DNA of 64,000 nucleotides from Desulfosudaceae bacterium (GTDB taxonomy: Bacteria; Desulfobacterota; Desulfobacteria; Desulfobacterales; Desulfosudaceae): NCBI GenBank assembly GCA_963674745.2, contig CAXXDV010000003.1, forward strand, positions 896,001 through 960,000, in the 5' to 3' direction. Position numbers and translations under genes: made by a program. The notes beneath the pieces were generated by a model. It saw only the letters and a program-made list of their open reading frames with translations, was not told the DNA's origin and ran no database searches. The first letter of the stretch is position 1. The number at the start of each line of letters is the position of its first letter. This document shows, one piece after another, positions 28,930 to 38,169 of the stretch.

Positions 28930-29439
28930 ATGAGACGAAAGGTTTTTGATAAGGAAAACCATGCGTTTTTTGTGACGTTTTCCTGTTATCGACGAAGAAG
29001 GATACTTGATAACGACCGGGCAAAAGGTATTGTAATCCATTTTCTGTCTGCACAAATAAAGAACCAGGACGGTATATGTATCGGTTTTGTGATCATGCCG
29101 GATCATGTGCATGCATTGGTTAAATTCCGTGATCCCGGCCTTTTGAGTACTTTTATGAATCAGTGGAAAAGAAGATCATCGATGCAGCTTAAGGATTTGT
29201 ACGAAACGATAATAAAACCTTATGGCGAAAAGATAGATTCAAAAGAGCCCATGTGGCAGGCGAAATACTACTGTTTTAATGTTTTTTCTGAGAAGAAGAT
29301 CAGGGAGAAGTTGACTTATATGCACAACAATCCTGTTAAGGCTGGGCTGGCAGAACGTCCCGAAGACTGGAAGTTTGGCTCGGCCAGATGGTATTGGCTG
29401 AATAAACCGGTGGGGGTGCCGATTACAAGGATTGTTTGA
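28930..29439 (+). CDS. REP-associated tyrosine transposase (RAYT, Y1 HUH)
   Basis: FFVTFSC, IMPDHVH (HUH), WQAKY, YMHNNPVKAGL, WKFGSA; flanked by inverted REPs. Confidence 0.9.
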   Translation: MRRKVFDKENHAFFVTFSCYRRRRILDNDRAKGIVIHFLSAQIKNQDGICIGFVIMPDHVHALVKFRDPGLLSTFMNQWKRRSSMQLKDLYETIIKPYGEKIDSKEPMWQAKYYCFNVFSEKKIREKLTYMHNNPVKAGLAERPEDWKFGSARWYWLNKPVGVPITRIV

Positions 29440-29444
29440 ATATC

Positions 29445-29573
29445 CTCCTGTGCTTCGCACCCCGGCAACAAGTTGCCGGGGGCACCCCGTCAGTGCGGGC
29501 ACCCGAGACCGGGGCAATTTGCACGGCCGGGGGTGGCACTGGCAACTTGTTGCCAGTGTTCGAAGAACAAGAG
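29445..29573. repeat. REP doublet flanking the RAYT gene (right)
   Basis: Inverted 44-mer at 29445-29488 and direct 44-mer at 29530-29573. Confidence 0.88.
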
Positions 29574-29593
29574 AACTTTATATACGTCCGGCA

Positions 29594-30934
29594 TCAGTCG
29601 TTTTTAAAAGATCCCTGGCCGGTAGCTTCCAGAACCGTTCGCCATAACTTTCCGTGGGGGCTGATCTGTTTTCGCTTGCCAACGGAAAGTTTCATGGGGA
29701 TGTGGACAAAATGGTTGTTCCAGTGCCCGACCAGGACCTTTGTTTTTCCCGCAATGGCGGCATGTACGGCATCCCGTCCCAGAAAACCGCAGAAGACACT
29801 GTCATTGGCATTGGCCGGCAGGCTTCGAATAATATAGCTGGGATCGATGTATTTTAAAGCGATATTGATGCCCCGGGTTGAAAAATAGTCGTTGATCCGG
29901 TCTTTCAGGTAGAGGCCGATATCTTTTAAACGGACATTACCCGACGCGTCATGGGCCTTTTCTTCATCCTGGAAGTACTTCTGGCCGGCCCCTTCAGCCA
30001 CGACAATAACGGCATGCTCCCTGGTCTGCAAGCGCTCCTCAAGGGCGGTCAGAAAACCATCCTCCCCGTCAAGGTCAAAGTCGATTTCCGGAACAAGCAC
30101 AAAGTTGACATCCTGCCTTCCCAGGGCGGCAGTGGCGGCAATAAATCCGGAATGACGCCCCATGAGCTTGATCAGGCCGACACCGTGGGGATAGCCTTCG
30201 GCCTCACTGTGGGCGCTTTTGATGGCATCGGTGGCGATATCGACCGCCGTATCAAAACCGAAAGATTTGGAAATCAGGAAAATATCGTTGTCTATGGTTT
30301 TGGGAATGCCGATAATGCTGATTTTCAGTCCCCGGTTTGTGATTTCATCGGAGATTTTGGTTGCCGCCATCAGGGTGCCGTCACCCCCGATCATGAACAG
30401 GATGCTGATGTTCATCCGTTCCAGGGAATCGACGATCTTTTCAATGTCTTGGGGGCCGCGGGACGATCCCAGCATGGTGCCGCCTGTATTGAGAATGTTT
30501 GCCACGTTGCCCGGCACCAGGTCGATCATTTCATGACCGTATTCGGGAATGAATCCCTCCAGGCCGTAACGGATGCCGTAAATATTTCTGACGCCATAGC
30601 GATAGTAAAGTTCAAGCACAATGGCCCGGATAATGTCGTTAAGACCGGGGCACAGGCCGCCGCAGGTAACCAGGGCACATCGGACCTTGCTGGTGTCAAA
30701 GTAAATCTTTCGACGGGGACCGGCCAGTTCAAAAGAGGCGGGCTTTTCGCCTTTTAACAGGATTTCTTCAATCACGTCCGGGTTAATGCTGACCAATACG
30801 CGATCATTATCACTGGTAAAGTCATGTTCCGGATCGACATTTTCCTCCTTTAAGATGGGGGAGTCGATCTTGGCTTCGCCCAGCGCTTCAACCTGGGTGT
30901 CGGAAATGGTTAATCCCTTGCTGATGTCTTCCAT
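29594..30934 (-). CDS. pfkA: ATP-dependent 6-phosphofructokinase (clade X type)
   Basis: TCGGLCPGLN, GSSRG, GGDG, PKTIDND, MGR, YIDPSY; start set at MEDISKG. Confidence 0.9.
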   Translation of the reverse strand: MEDISKGLTISDTQVEALGEAKIDSPILKEENVDPEHDFTSDNDRVLVSINPDVIEEILLKGEKPASFELAGPRRKIYFDTSKVRCALVTCGGLCPGLNDIIRAIVLELYYRYGVRNIYGIRYGLEGFIPEYGHEMIDLVPGNVANILNTGGTMLGSSRGPQDIEKIVDSLERMNISILFMIGGDGTLMAATKISDEITNRGLKISIIGIPKTIDNDIFLISKSFGFDTAVDIATDAIKSAHSEAEGYPHGVGLIKLMGRHSGFIAATAALGRQDVNFVLVPEIDFDLDGEDGFLTALEERLQTREHAVIVVAEGAGQKYFQDEEKAHDASGNVRLKDIGLYLKDRINDYFSTRGINIALKYIDPSYIIRSLPANANDSVFCGFLGRDAVHAAIAGKTKVLVGHWNNHFVHIPMKLSVGKRKQISPHGKLWRTVLEATGQGSFKND

Positions 30935-30998
30935 AAAATAATTATCCTTGAGGTTTTTAAAAAAGCACCTGGAAAGAGGGCTGGTCAGGAACCGGCTG

Positions 30999-31997
30999 CT
31001 ACTTGCCGTTGAAAGTAAAGGCGCCCTTTCCCAGAATGTCATGAAGGTGCAGCACACCGCACAGTTTTTTATCGTTGCCGGTTACGGGAAGGACCGTTAT
31101 CTGGTGCTGTTCCATTATGTTGAGGGCGTCATAAACAGGGTCCTGGGCGTAGACAAAGAGCGGGTCAGGGGTCATTAACCGGTCGATGGCAACGTCGGGC
31201 CGCAGCATTTTTCTAATGACCAGCCGCCTGATATCACCGTCCGTTAAAATTCCGGACAGGGTGTTATCCGCCTTTACAGCAATAACCGTCCCCAGCTTCA
31301 GCCGGTCGAGAATTTCCAGCGCCTCCTCCATCGGGGTGTCTTCCCGGACAAAGGGGACCGCTTCACCGCTGAGCATGATTTCGGAAACATTGGAGGCCAG
31401 GCGCTGTCCCAGGGCACCGCCGGGGTGAAACCGCTGAAAGTCACTGACTTTGAATTGTTTTTTGTTGATCAGGGCGACCGCAAGCGCGTCTCCCATGGCC
31501 ATGACGGCCGTGGTGCTGGCCGTTGGGGCCAGGCCGAGAGGGCATGCTTCCCGTTTGACACCGACGTTGATGACAATGTCGCTCTGCCGGGCCAGCTGGG
31601 AGGCTTCGTTTCCCGTAAAGGCGATGATCTTACAACCGATCTGTTTGATGGTCGGTATCAGGTGATTGAGTTCTTCGGTTCCGCCGCTATTGGAAATACC
31701 GAGGAAAACATCCCTGGAACTGACCATTCCAAGATCGCCATGCATGGCTTCCACGGGGTGAAGGAAAATCGCCCGCGTCCCGGTGCTGTTCAGGGTGGCG
31801 GCAATTTTCTGGCCCACAATACCGGACTTGCCGATACCGCTGATTATCAGCCGGCCCCTGGTGGCGCAAATGGTCTCTACCATTTGCGCAAAACGTTCGT
31901 CAACCCGGTGGATCAGGCCATTGATGCCTTCGGCCTCTATTTTTAAGACGTTGATCGCCTGTTCGATGATTTCTTGTGTGTCCGGCGCCGGTTTCAT
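30999..31997 (-). CDS. kdsD: Arabinose-5-phosphate isomerase (KdsD/KpsF/GutQ; SIS + 2 CBS)
   Basis: GIGKSG, EAMHGDLG, SNSG, EACPLGLAPTAST, FHPGGALG. Confidence 0.93.
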   Translation of the reverse strand: MKPAPDTQEIIEQAINVLKIEAEGINGLIHRVDERFAQMVETICATRGRLIISGIGKSGIVGQKIAATLNSTGTRAIFLHPVEAMHGDLGMVSSRDVFLGISNSGGTEELNHLIPTIKQIGCKIIAFTGNEASQLARQSDIVINVGVKREACPLGLAPTASTTAVMAMGDALAVALINKKQFKVSDFQRFHPGGALGQRLASNVSEIMLSGEAVPFVREDTPMEEALEILDRLKLGTVIAVKADNTLSGILTDGDIRRLVIRKMLRPDVAIDRLMTPDPLFVYAQDPVYDALNIMEQHQITVLPVTGNDKKLCGVLHLHDILGKGAFTFNGK

Positions 31998-32019
31998 GTG
32001 TACTCCAAAGATATGTTAT

Positions 32020-32045
32020 CACGGATATTTCATGAAATATCCGTG
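32020..32045. repeat. Perfect 26-bp palindrome
   Basis: CACGGATATTTCATGAAATATCCGTG. Confidence 0.85.
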
Positions 32046-32077
32046 TTAGGGCCATTTTACTGCTGAATATATTTTTA

Positions 32078-32548
32078 TCAAGGGGAAAGTGCCAGAACAC
32101 CCATCAGGTCTTCGGGAACAGTAGCGGAAAACAAGACCTCCCGCCTTTCCGGTTGCTTGACCAAAAGCATCAAGGTCGCGATGATTTCCAGGTAATGACC
32201 GGCTGTCTCCTTTTGGGCCGAAGACGGGGAGCCGGGAATCCCGATCAGAAAAATCACCTTGACCGGCTCAGAATCAATGGCCTGCCATTCGAGGGGGTGC
32301 CTGGCGATGCCTGGAATGATAAAAAAATCAGGCGTTTCACTGCATCTCCCATGGGGGATGGCAAGCCCCATGCCGATGCCGGTGCTGGACATGGCCTCTC
32401 TTTGCATGACCGCTGCTTCGAACCGGTTTTTGGCTTTGACCAGGGAAAGGGCCGCGGCCCTATCGACCAGTCGCCGGATTACATCCGCTTTTTCGTTTTC
32501 TTCCAGAAAGACGATGTGTTCGCGTTTTATGTAGGTTGTTAAGTCCAT
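32078..32548 (-). CDS. PTS EIIA domain protein (Ntr/fructose type)
   Basis: REAMSSTGIGMGLAIPHGR phospho-His motif. Confidence 0.85.
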   Translation of the reverse strand: MDLTTYIKREHIVFLEENEKADVIRRLVDRAAALSLVKAKNRFEAAVMQREAMSSTGIGMGLAIPHGRCSETPDFFIIPGIARHPLEWQAIDSEPVKVIFLIGIPGSPSSAQKETAGHYLEIIATLMLLVKQPERREVLFSATVPEDLMGVLALSP

Positions 32549-32586
32549 TGGTCATAAACTCGTCTTTTTTCGGCTGTTTGGGGACA

Positions 32587-32674
32587 GTGGTTATGTGTTT
32601 ATGTGATTAAGTGATTATGTGGTTAAGTGTTTAAGTGATTATGTGGTTAAGTGTTTACGTGATTATGTGGTTAA
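32587..32674. repeat. GTGNTTAN octamer tandem array, 11 units
   Basis: GTGGTTAT GTGTTTAT GTGATTAA GTGATTAT GTGGTTAA GTGTTTAA GTGATTAT GTGGTTAA GTGTTTAC GTGATTAT GTGGTTAA. Confidence 0.92.
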
Positions 32675-32755
32675 GTTTTAAAGTGTTAAGGTTTCAGCAT
32701 TTTAGACCTTTGTAGTGTTCCGGCCTACATTATTCATGAACATTCTCCCCGGCCT

Positions 32756-32813
32756 GTAGGGGCAACCCCCTGTGGTTGCCCTTTACCGGTCAGGCACGGG
32801 GGCCTGCCCCTAC
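32756..32813. repeat. GTAG-type REP doublet
   Basis: TGTAGGGGCAACCCCCTGTGGTTGCCC and inverted GGTCAGGCACGGGGGCCTGCCCCTAC. Confidence 0.8.
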
Positions 32814-32902
32814 AACATTCGCCAGCGGCCTGCAGCTCATCAAACTGAAACCCTAAAAAATCCTAAGTCTTTAGTGCCTCTGCCTCGCATACCCTGAACC
32901 CC

Positions 32903-32957
32903 ATAACCACTTAACCCCATAACCACTAATCACATAACCACTTAAACACTTAATCAC
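32903..32957. repeat. Inverted octamer array (NTAANCAC), about 7 units
   Basis: ATAACCAC TTAACCCC ATAACCAC TAATCAC ATAACCAC TTAAACAC TTAATCAC, abutting the stop codon at 32958. Confidence 0.88.
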
Positions 32958-33968
32958 CTATCCTCCTTTGCCCCTGAATTCCTCATACCCCTGCCTGGCT
33001 TCAAGTTCTAACAAATCGCCTTGCTCTGAATACCGTGGCGAATAGTGAAACGTGATCAACCGTCCGGCATTGGCCCGGCCGGCTATTTCGCCTGCCTGGC
33101 GTGCGGTCAGATGAAATTTGGTTCTTGCCGTTTGTCTGTCCTCGTCCAGAAAGTGGGATTCAATGAACAGACAATCTGAATCTCTTGCAAAATCGATTAT
33201 TTTTTCGGCATTCGTCTCACTCCAGCCCACATCCGTAATATAAGTGATGGTTTGCCCCGGTGTAACAAGGGCAATCTTTTCGGCCAGGTCTTTGATCAGG
33301 AAGCGACGTATCTGTTGCCTGCCCGGTATGGGTATTTCAGTGTTTTCATCAAAATCGGTATAGAGCGTCTGCTTGAATGCCGTCAGCCAGGGCCCGGGTT
33401 CCAGACCGAGTTCGGTCAGCGCGTTTTTTTTGATGTTGATATGAAATTTTTCATTCAAACGGAATCCCAGGCAGGGTATATCGTGATCAAGGATGATCGC
33501 CGAAACAGAAAAGCCCGGTTCCGACAGCAACATGCCGCTGAACGGTCTGTGGGAAACCGGGTTTCCGGCATAAAAACGTTCCCGGCACTCGTATGTTCGT
33601 GTACGGATTTCCTCCCGGCGGACTTCCGTGGCAAAAATCGTCAGGCTTTCGGCGTAGTTCTGGGTCAGGTTCCAGGTATAACCGGCCAGTTTGCCTTCAA
33701 TATTGTCCAGAAAATCTTCCGGGCCGAAGAGATGAATGTTTTTGTTGCGTCCCAGTGTCAGCCGGAGAAGCCGGTCGAAACCGGCGAAATGGTCCATGTG
33801 GGTATGGGTGATAAAACCGTGACTAATTTTCAGAATTTCCTTGGGGGAAAGTGCGTGAATGTCTCCCAGGTCAAATATAATGGCACGGTTATCAAAAATG
33901 AAATTAATATACAGGCAGGCGTCGTGAAACGAATCGTTCACGAGAAACGGTTGGAAGGTCGGTCGCAT
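32958..33968 (-). CDS. Ribonuclease Z-like metallo-beta-lactamase-fold hydrolase
   Basis: THTHMDHF (HxHxDH), LDHDIPCLG, YITD, IESHF, HLTA, FHYSPRY. Confidence 0.8.
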   Translation of the reverse strand: MRPTFQPFLVNDSFHDACLYINFIFDNRAIIFDLGDIHALSPKEILKISHGFITHTHMDHFAGFDRLLRLTLGRNKNIHLFGPEDFLDNIEGKLAGYTWNLTQNYAESLTIFATEVRREEIRTRTYECRERFYAGNPVSHRPFSGMLLSEPGFSVSAIILDHDIPCLGFRLNEKFHINIKKNALTELGLEPGPWLTAFKQTLYTDFDENTEIPIPGRQQIRRFLIKDLAEKIALVTPGQTITYITDVGWSETNAEKIIDFARDSDCLFIESHFLDEDRQTARTKFHLTARQAGEIAGRANAGRLITFHYSPRYSEQGDLLELEARQGYEEFRGKGG

Positions 33969-33977
33969 GGGTGGTCT

Positions 33978-34397
33978 TTATGGGATATGTTTTTTCACCT
34001 GCATGCTGATACAGGAATAAATATCTTCATCAGAACCATAAATATCAACCGTATCCTTGTGATTGATGACTTTTTCAATGACAAAGGCGGTCACATATAA
34101 AGCGACTATGTTGGGGTTGACGGTCAGATCGCGGAACGGCGCCACGCAGAAATCAATATCAAAATCATCGGCGCGGGTCAGTTTTTCCAGGCAGCCGTGG
34201 ATCATTTCTTCCAGGCTGTTCTGGTTGGACGTCTCCACGAAACCGCTTTCTACCAGTTTGGACGTTATGCTGGTTGCCAGCTTGTCTTCCACATCCCTGA
34301 CACGCGAAATGGTCGAGCGGCGTTCAAAACCCTTGGAGGATTCGATCCTTGACAGCAGTTGTGATTCCCTGTTGCCTTTAAAAAAGGTTTTTCCCAT
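33978..34397 (-). CDS. Hypothetical protein
   Basis: 139-aa ORF with AAGGAAG RBS, 9 bp from the next co-oriented gene. Confidence 0.7.
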   Translation of the reverse strand: MGKTFFKGNRESQLLSRIESSKGFERRSTISRVRDVEDKLATSITSKLVESGFVETSNQNSLEEMIHGCLEKLTRADDFDIDFCVAPFRDLTVNPNIVALYVTAFVIEKVINHKDTVDIYGSDEDIYSCISMQVKKHIP

Positions 34398-34606
34398 GAT
34401 ATGTCTTCCTTATCATAAAACCGGTAGTATATAAATTGTCAAACAATGGTCACCATAAAGGGGGACAATGTTTATTGCAAGGAAAAACTTATGGGTATCC
34501 CAGGAAAAAATATTGGCGATGGTTTATTCTTTTTGCATGCTGTAGTATGGTCTGGTATAACGACACCCACCATTTAACCGATACATTTTTTTGACAAGAG
34601 GTGATT

Positions 34607-34780
34607 ATGGCGGTCAAACAGGAATTACTGGACATCCTTGCCTGCCCCAAATGCAAGGGGGATATCAGTATGGATGAGACCGGCAACTGGCTGATCTGTG
34701 AAGCCTGCCGATTAAAATACGAGGTCAGGGATGATATTCCCATCCTGCTTATAGATGAAGCCTCGCCCCTGGATGGTTAA
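34607..34780 (+). CDS. Trm112 family (YcaR/UPF0434) small protein
   Basis: MAVKQELLDILACPKCKG...LICEACRLKYEVRDDIPILLIDEA, 57 aa, GAGG RBS; absent from the ORF track. Confidence 0.92.
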   Translation: MAVKQELLDILACPKCKGDISMDETGNWLICEACRLKYEVRDDIPILLIDEASPLDG

Positions 34781-34782
34781 AG

Positions 34783-35340
34783 ATGAGCACACCCGGACGC
34801 CCGGACCCGGCCAGGCTGGTTATCGGCTTTTTTACGGGCCGGAAGGATTTGCTGGATACGGTTGTCCGTGATCTGGAAGCGCAACTGGGCCCGGTAGACC
34901 TGGTCAGCCGGTGGTTTGATTTTGATTTTACGTCATATTATAGCGCCGAATTCGGCGCTCCTTTGTTCAGACGGATGGTTTCTTTCCAACGGTTGATCCA
35001 ACAGGCAGACCTGGCCGGTATTAAACGCCTCACCAATGATATCGAATTAAAATACAGCCGGGACGATAAACGGCAAATCAATATCGACCCCGGGTACCTG
35101 CTTCGGGAACGGTTCGTGCTGGCAACGGGTAAGAATTTCGCGCACCGGATTTATATCGGTGAGGGGATTTACGCCGATCTCACCCTGGTGTATTATAAAA
35201 ATGCGTTTCAAACACTTCCCTGGACCTACCCGGATTATGCTGAAGTCACCATGCAGTCTTTTTTAACGCAGGTCAGGAACCGTTATATTGTTGATTTAAA
35301 AACCAAACAGAAAGAGATGCCGAACAGGGAAAAATCATGA
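34783..35340 (+). CDS. DUF4416 family protein
   Basis: FTSYYSAEFG, TNDIE, INIDPGY, LATGKNFAHRIY, PWTYPDY. Confidence 0.8.
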   Translation: MSTPGRPDPARLVIGFFTGRKDLLDTVVRDLEAQLGPVDLVSRWFDFDFTSYYSAEFGAPLFRRMVSFQRLIQQADLAGIKRLTNDIELKYSRDDKRQINIDPGYLLRERFVLATGKNFAHRIYIGEGIYADLTLVYYKNAFQTLPWTYPDYAEVTMQSFLTQVRNRYIVDLKTKQKEMPNREKS

Positions 35341-36221
35341 TCCGAAGCATGACCGCTTTTGCCAAGAACCAGATTGAACAGGAAGGTTTCACCGTTGGTT
35401 GTGAAGTGAGAACCTATAACAGCCGTTATCTCGATGTGAGTGTCCGTCTGCCGGCCATGTACCGGCATTATGAAAACAACATTAAAAAGCTGATCTCAAA
35501 TAATATTCAGCGTGGAAGAGTCGAGACGACCTTATACATCAATGATCAGCGTGATGATCACGCCGTACGCTACGCAGTGGATACGGCCAAGGCCACCGGT
35601 TATTACAAGGCACTGACGCAGTTAAATGCTGCGCTTGGGATCAGCGCCCCGATTCCCCTGGACCTGGTTGCCCGCACCGATGGTGTGATTACCCCCGTTG
35701 AGCCGGATGCGCCGGGGGCGTTCGAGTGGCAATGTATCAGCCAGACGCTTGAAACAGCACTTGCAGAATTGAATGTGATGCGTCAGAAGGAAGGCGCCTT
35801 TCTTGCGGCAGATCTGTCGGCACGAATCGATACGCTTGAAACCATCGTAGCGTTTGTCAAAGATCAGAGCGATGACCTGATGTCGGATTTTTACCAGCGG
35901 ATAAAAGAGCGGGTTTCCGGATTGATCGGTGACATGATTGAGATTGATGAGGCCCGAATCGCCCAGGAGGCGGCCTTTTACGTAGACAAAGCCGATATTT
36001 CGGAAGAAATCGTCAGGGCTGAAAGTCATATCGAGCAGTTCCGCAAGGCGATGGATGATGATCTGCCCTGTGGCCGGAAGCTTAATTTTCTGCTCCAGGA
36101 GTTTAACCGTGAGTTTAATACCATGGGGTCAAAAACCGGGAGCCCGGAGGTGTCTGAGAAGGTCGTTACGGCCAAGATTGAGCTTGAGAAGCTGCGGGAA
36201 CAGGTGCAGAACGTGGAATAA
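35337..36221 (+). CDS. yicC: YicC/YloC family endoribonuclease
   Basis: MIRSMTAF, NSRYLD, RGRVE, DISEEIVR, GRKLNFLLQEFNREFNTMGSK, REQVQNVE. Confidence 0.92.
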   Translation: MIRSMTAFAKNQIEQEGFTVGCEVRTYNSRYLDVSVRLPAMYRHYENNIKKLISNNIQRGRVETTLYINDQRDDHAVRYAVDTAKATGYYKALTQLNAALGISAPIPLDLVARTDGVITPVEPDAPGAFEWQCISQTLETALAELNVMRQKEGAFLAADLSARIDTLETIVAFVKDQSDDLMSDFYQRIKERVSGLIGDMIEIDEARIAQEAAFYVDKADISEEIVRAESHIEQFRKAMDDDLPCGRKLNFLLQEFNREFNTMGSKTGSPEVSEKVVTAKIELEKLREQVQNVE

Positions 36222-36230
36222 CGCGCGACC

Positions 36231-36265
36231 TTAACCCGAAAGATGTCATGGCATATCCGGGTTAA
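36231..36265. repeat. Imperfect palindrome related to 32020-32045
   Basis: TTAACCCGAAAGATGTCATGGCATATCCGGGTTAA. Confidence 0.55.
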
Positions 36266-36306
36266 ATTTCCGGGCCGGGACAGCCCGGGGGGGAAGGAGG
36301 GGGAAG

Positions 36307-37164
36307 ATGACGCTGTTAAAAGGGAAAAAAGCGATTGTGACCGGTGCTGCCATGGGGGTCGGACTGGCCACGGCCAGGCGCCTTCTTGACGAGGGCTGCG
36401 ATGTGACCATCTGGGACATCAACGAATCCGCCCTGGCAGAAGCTGAAAAAACACTGCAAACCGTTTCAGGCGGACGCCTGTTCGCCTATCCCGCTGATGT
36501 GGCAGACCGGGAGCGGTTGCTTTCTCTGGTGGAAAAAGCCCGGCAGGACATGGGGCGGATCGACATTCTCGTCAACAACGCGGCTTTCGTCAGAACCGGC
36601 TTTTTCTGCGATCGGCCCGTAGAAGACGCTGTCCGGCAGATGGACGTGAACGTAAACTCTTTATTTTACACCATTCACGCGGTATTGCCTGAAATGCTCG
36701 AACGGGACTCGGGCCACATTGTGAATGTGTCTTCAGGTGTCGCTTTTGTCAGCACGCCCGGCCTGGCGGCATATGCGACATCAAAATGGGCCACCTGGGG
36801 CCTGACCGATGTGCTGCGAATGGAAGCACTGGCGCTGGGTAAAAAGGGTGTCCGTTTCACTTCCGTTCATCCCGGGAATATCGTTTCCGGCATGTTCGAA
36901 GGCTTTAAACTTAACCGGCTGGGGGCGATTCTGGTACCCCCGGTTAAAGATCACGATGTCATTGCCCGGGCCATCGTCGAAAGTGGATTGAAACGCGGGC
37001 AACTGGTTGTTGCCCGTCCCCGCACCTTGAAAATAGCCGTTGCCATGCGCGGTTTGATACCGGATCGCCTCGGTATCCGACTGGCCTTTTTACTGGGTGC
37101 CAGGGATTGTGTGCGTGAGTACAAAGGCCGGCAGGGGCATATTCATTGTTTTGATGACGAATAG
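36307..37164 (+). CDS. SDR family oxidoreductase
   Basis: TGAAMGVG, NNA, NVSS, YATSK. Confidence 0.9.
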   Translation: MTLLKGKKAIVTGAAMGVGLATARRLLDEGCDVTIWDINESALAEAEKTLQTVSGGRLFAYPADVADRERLLSLVEKARQDMGRIDILVNNAAFVRTGFFCDRPVEDAVRQMDVNVNSLFYTIHAVLPEMLERDSGHIVNVSSGVAFVSTPGLAAYATSKWATWGLTDVLRMEALALGKKGVRFTSVHPGNIVSGMFEGFKLNRLGAILVPPVKDHDVIARAIVESGLKRGQLVVARPRTLKIAVAMRGLIPDRLGIRLAFLLGARDCVREYKGRQGHIHCFDDE

Positions 37165-37179
37165 ATGCAGGGGGGGGAA

Positions 37180-37449
37180 ATGCCGCAGAAACTGTTAAAT
37201 ATCGGCTTTGGTAATCACATTGTGGCTGAAGCGGTGGTCGCCATTATTTCTCCCAATTCCGCGCCGGTTAAAAGAATGAGGAATGAAGCCGCCGAGCAAG
37301 GGCGCCTGGTAGACGCCACCCAGGGACGAAAAACGCGGTCTATTATCGTGATGTCGAGCAATCATGTGGTTCTGTCAGCCGTCAATCCGGATACGATTTC
37401 CATGCGCTTTGCGGCCCTGAACGGGCAGGGGTTGGTCGTTCAGGAGTAA
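37180..37449 (+). CDS. DUF370/RemA family protein
   Basis: [30 protein letters not shown]. Confidence 0.9.
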   Translation: MPQKLLNIGFGNHIVAEAVVAIISPNSAPVKRMRNEAAEQGRLVDATQGRKTRSIIVMSSNHVVLSAVNPDTISMRFAALNGQGLVVQE

Positions 37450-37470
37450 ATCGGCGAAGAAAGGCGGATT

Positions 37471-38088
37471 ATGATGACTCCGAATCATTCTGCAGTTACC
37501 TGGAAGGGGCGGACCGGCGGACAGCGGCGAGGGAGACTGTTTATTGTTTCAGCCCCGTCCGGGGCCGGCAAGACGACTTTATGCGCCGGCCTTCTGGAAC
37601 GAATGCCGGATATGGCCCGTTCCGTGTCATATACCACCCGGGAACCAAGGCCCGGTGAAAAACACGGCCTTGATTATTTTTTTATTGATGAAGACACGTT
37701 CCGCAATGGAATTGATGCCGGTCGTTGGGTTGAATGGGCTCGTGTTCACGAGAACTACTACGGGACAGCCGCGGATACCATCGAACAGTCTCTGGTAGAC
37801 GGTATTGACATGATACTCAACATCGATGTCCAGGGTGCCGACCAGATCTCTGCCCGGTTTCCGGATTGCGTGCGGATTTTTATCATGCCGCCGTCTCTTG
37901 AAGAGTTGAAAAGACGCCTGGAAAACAGGGGCGGTGATGATGAGGCGGCCATGAAAGTCCGGATGGCCGCGGCAGAAAAGGAAATGGCACGTAAAGACAA
38001 CTACCAGCATGTGCTCGTCAATGATGATCTTGACCGGGCAATTGAAGAACTGACCCATATCGTTTCCGGCTATCGGACATCTTCCTGA
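37471..38088 (+). CDS. gmk: Guanylate kinase
   Basis: SAPSGAGKTT, SYTTREPRPGE, YYGT, IDVQG, PPSLEEL. Confidence 0.95.
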   Translation: MMTPNHSAVTWKGRTGGQRRGRLFIVSAPSGAGKTTLCAGLLERMPDMARSVSYTTREPRPGEKHGLDYFFIDEDTFRNGIDAGRWVEWARVHENYYGTAADTIEQSLVDGIDMILNIDVQGADQISARFPDCVRIFIMPPSLEELKRRLENRGGDDEAAMKVRMAAAEKEMARKDNYQHVLVNDDLDRAIEELTHIVSGYRTSS

Positions 38089-38169
38089 CCGGCAAAGTTC
38101 ATTCCAATATCTTAAGGCCACCTCTAAAAATTATTTTTAGCGCGAATAGTTTAATAGGTTTTTCCGGGT

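Noticed and set aside
28930..29439. IS200/IS605 element
   Set aside because: No tnpB; the YxxxNPVKAGL motif and flanking dispersed REPs fit a RAYT.
32587..32674. Possible CRISPR array
   Set aside because: 8-bp tandem units without unique spacers; no cas genes in the window.
36228..36268. attC-like site (TAAC...GTTAAAT)
   Set aside because: About 40 bp, shorter than known attC sites, and single.
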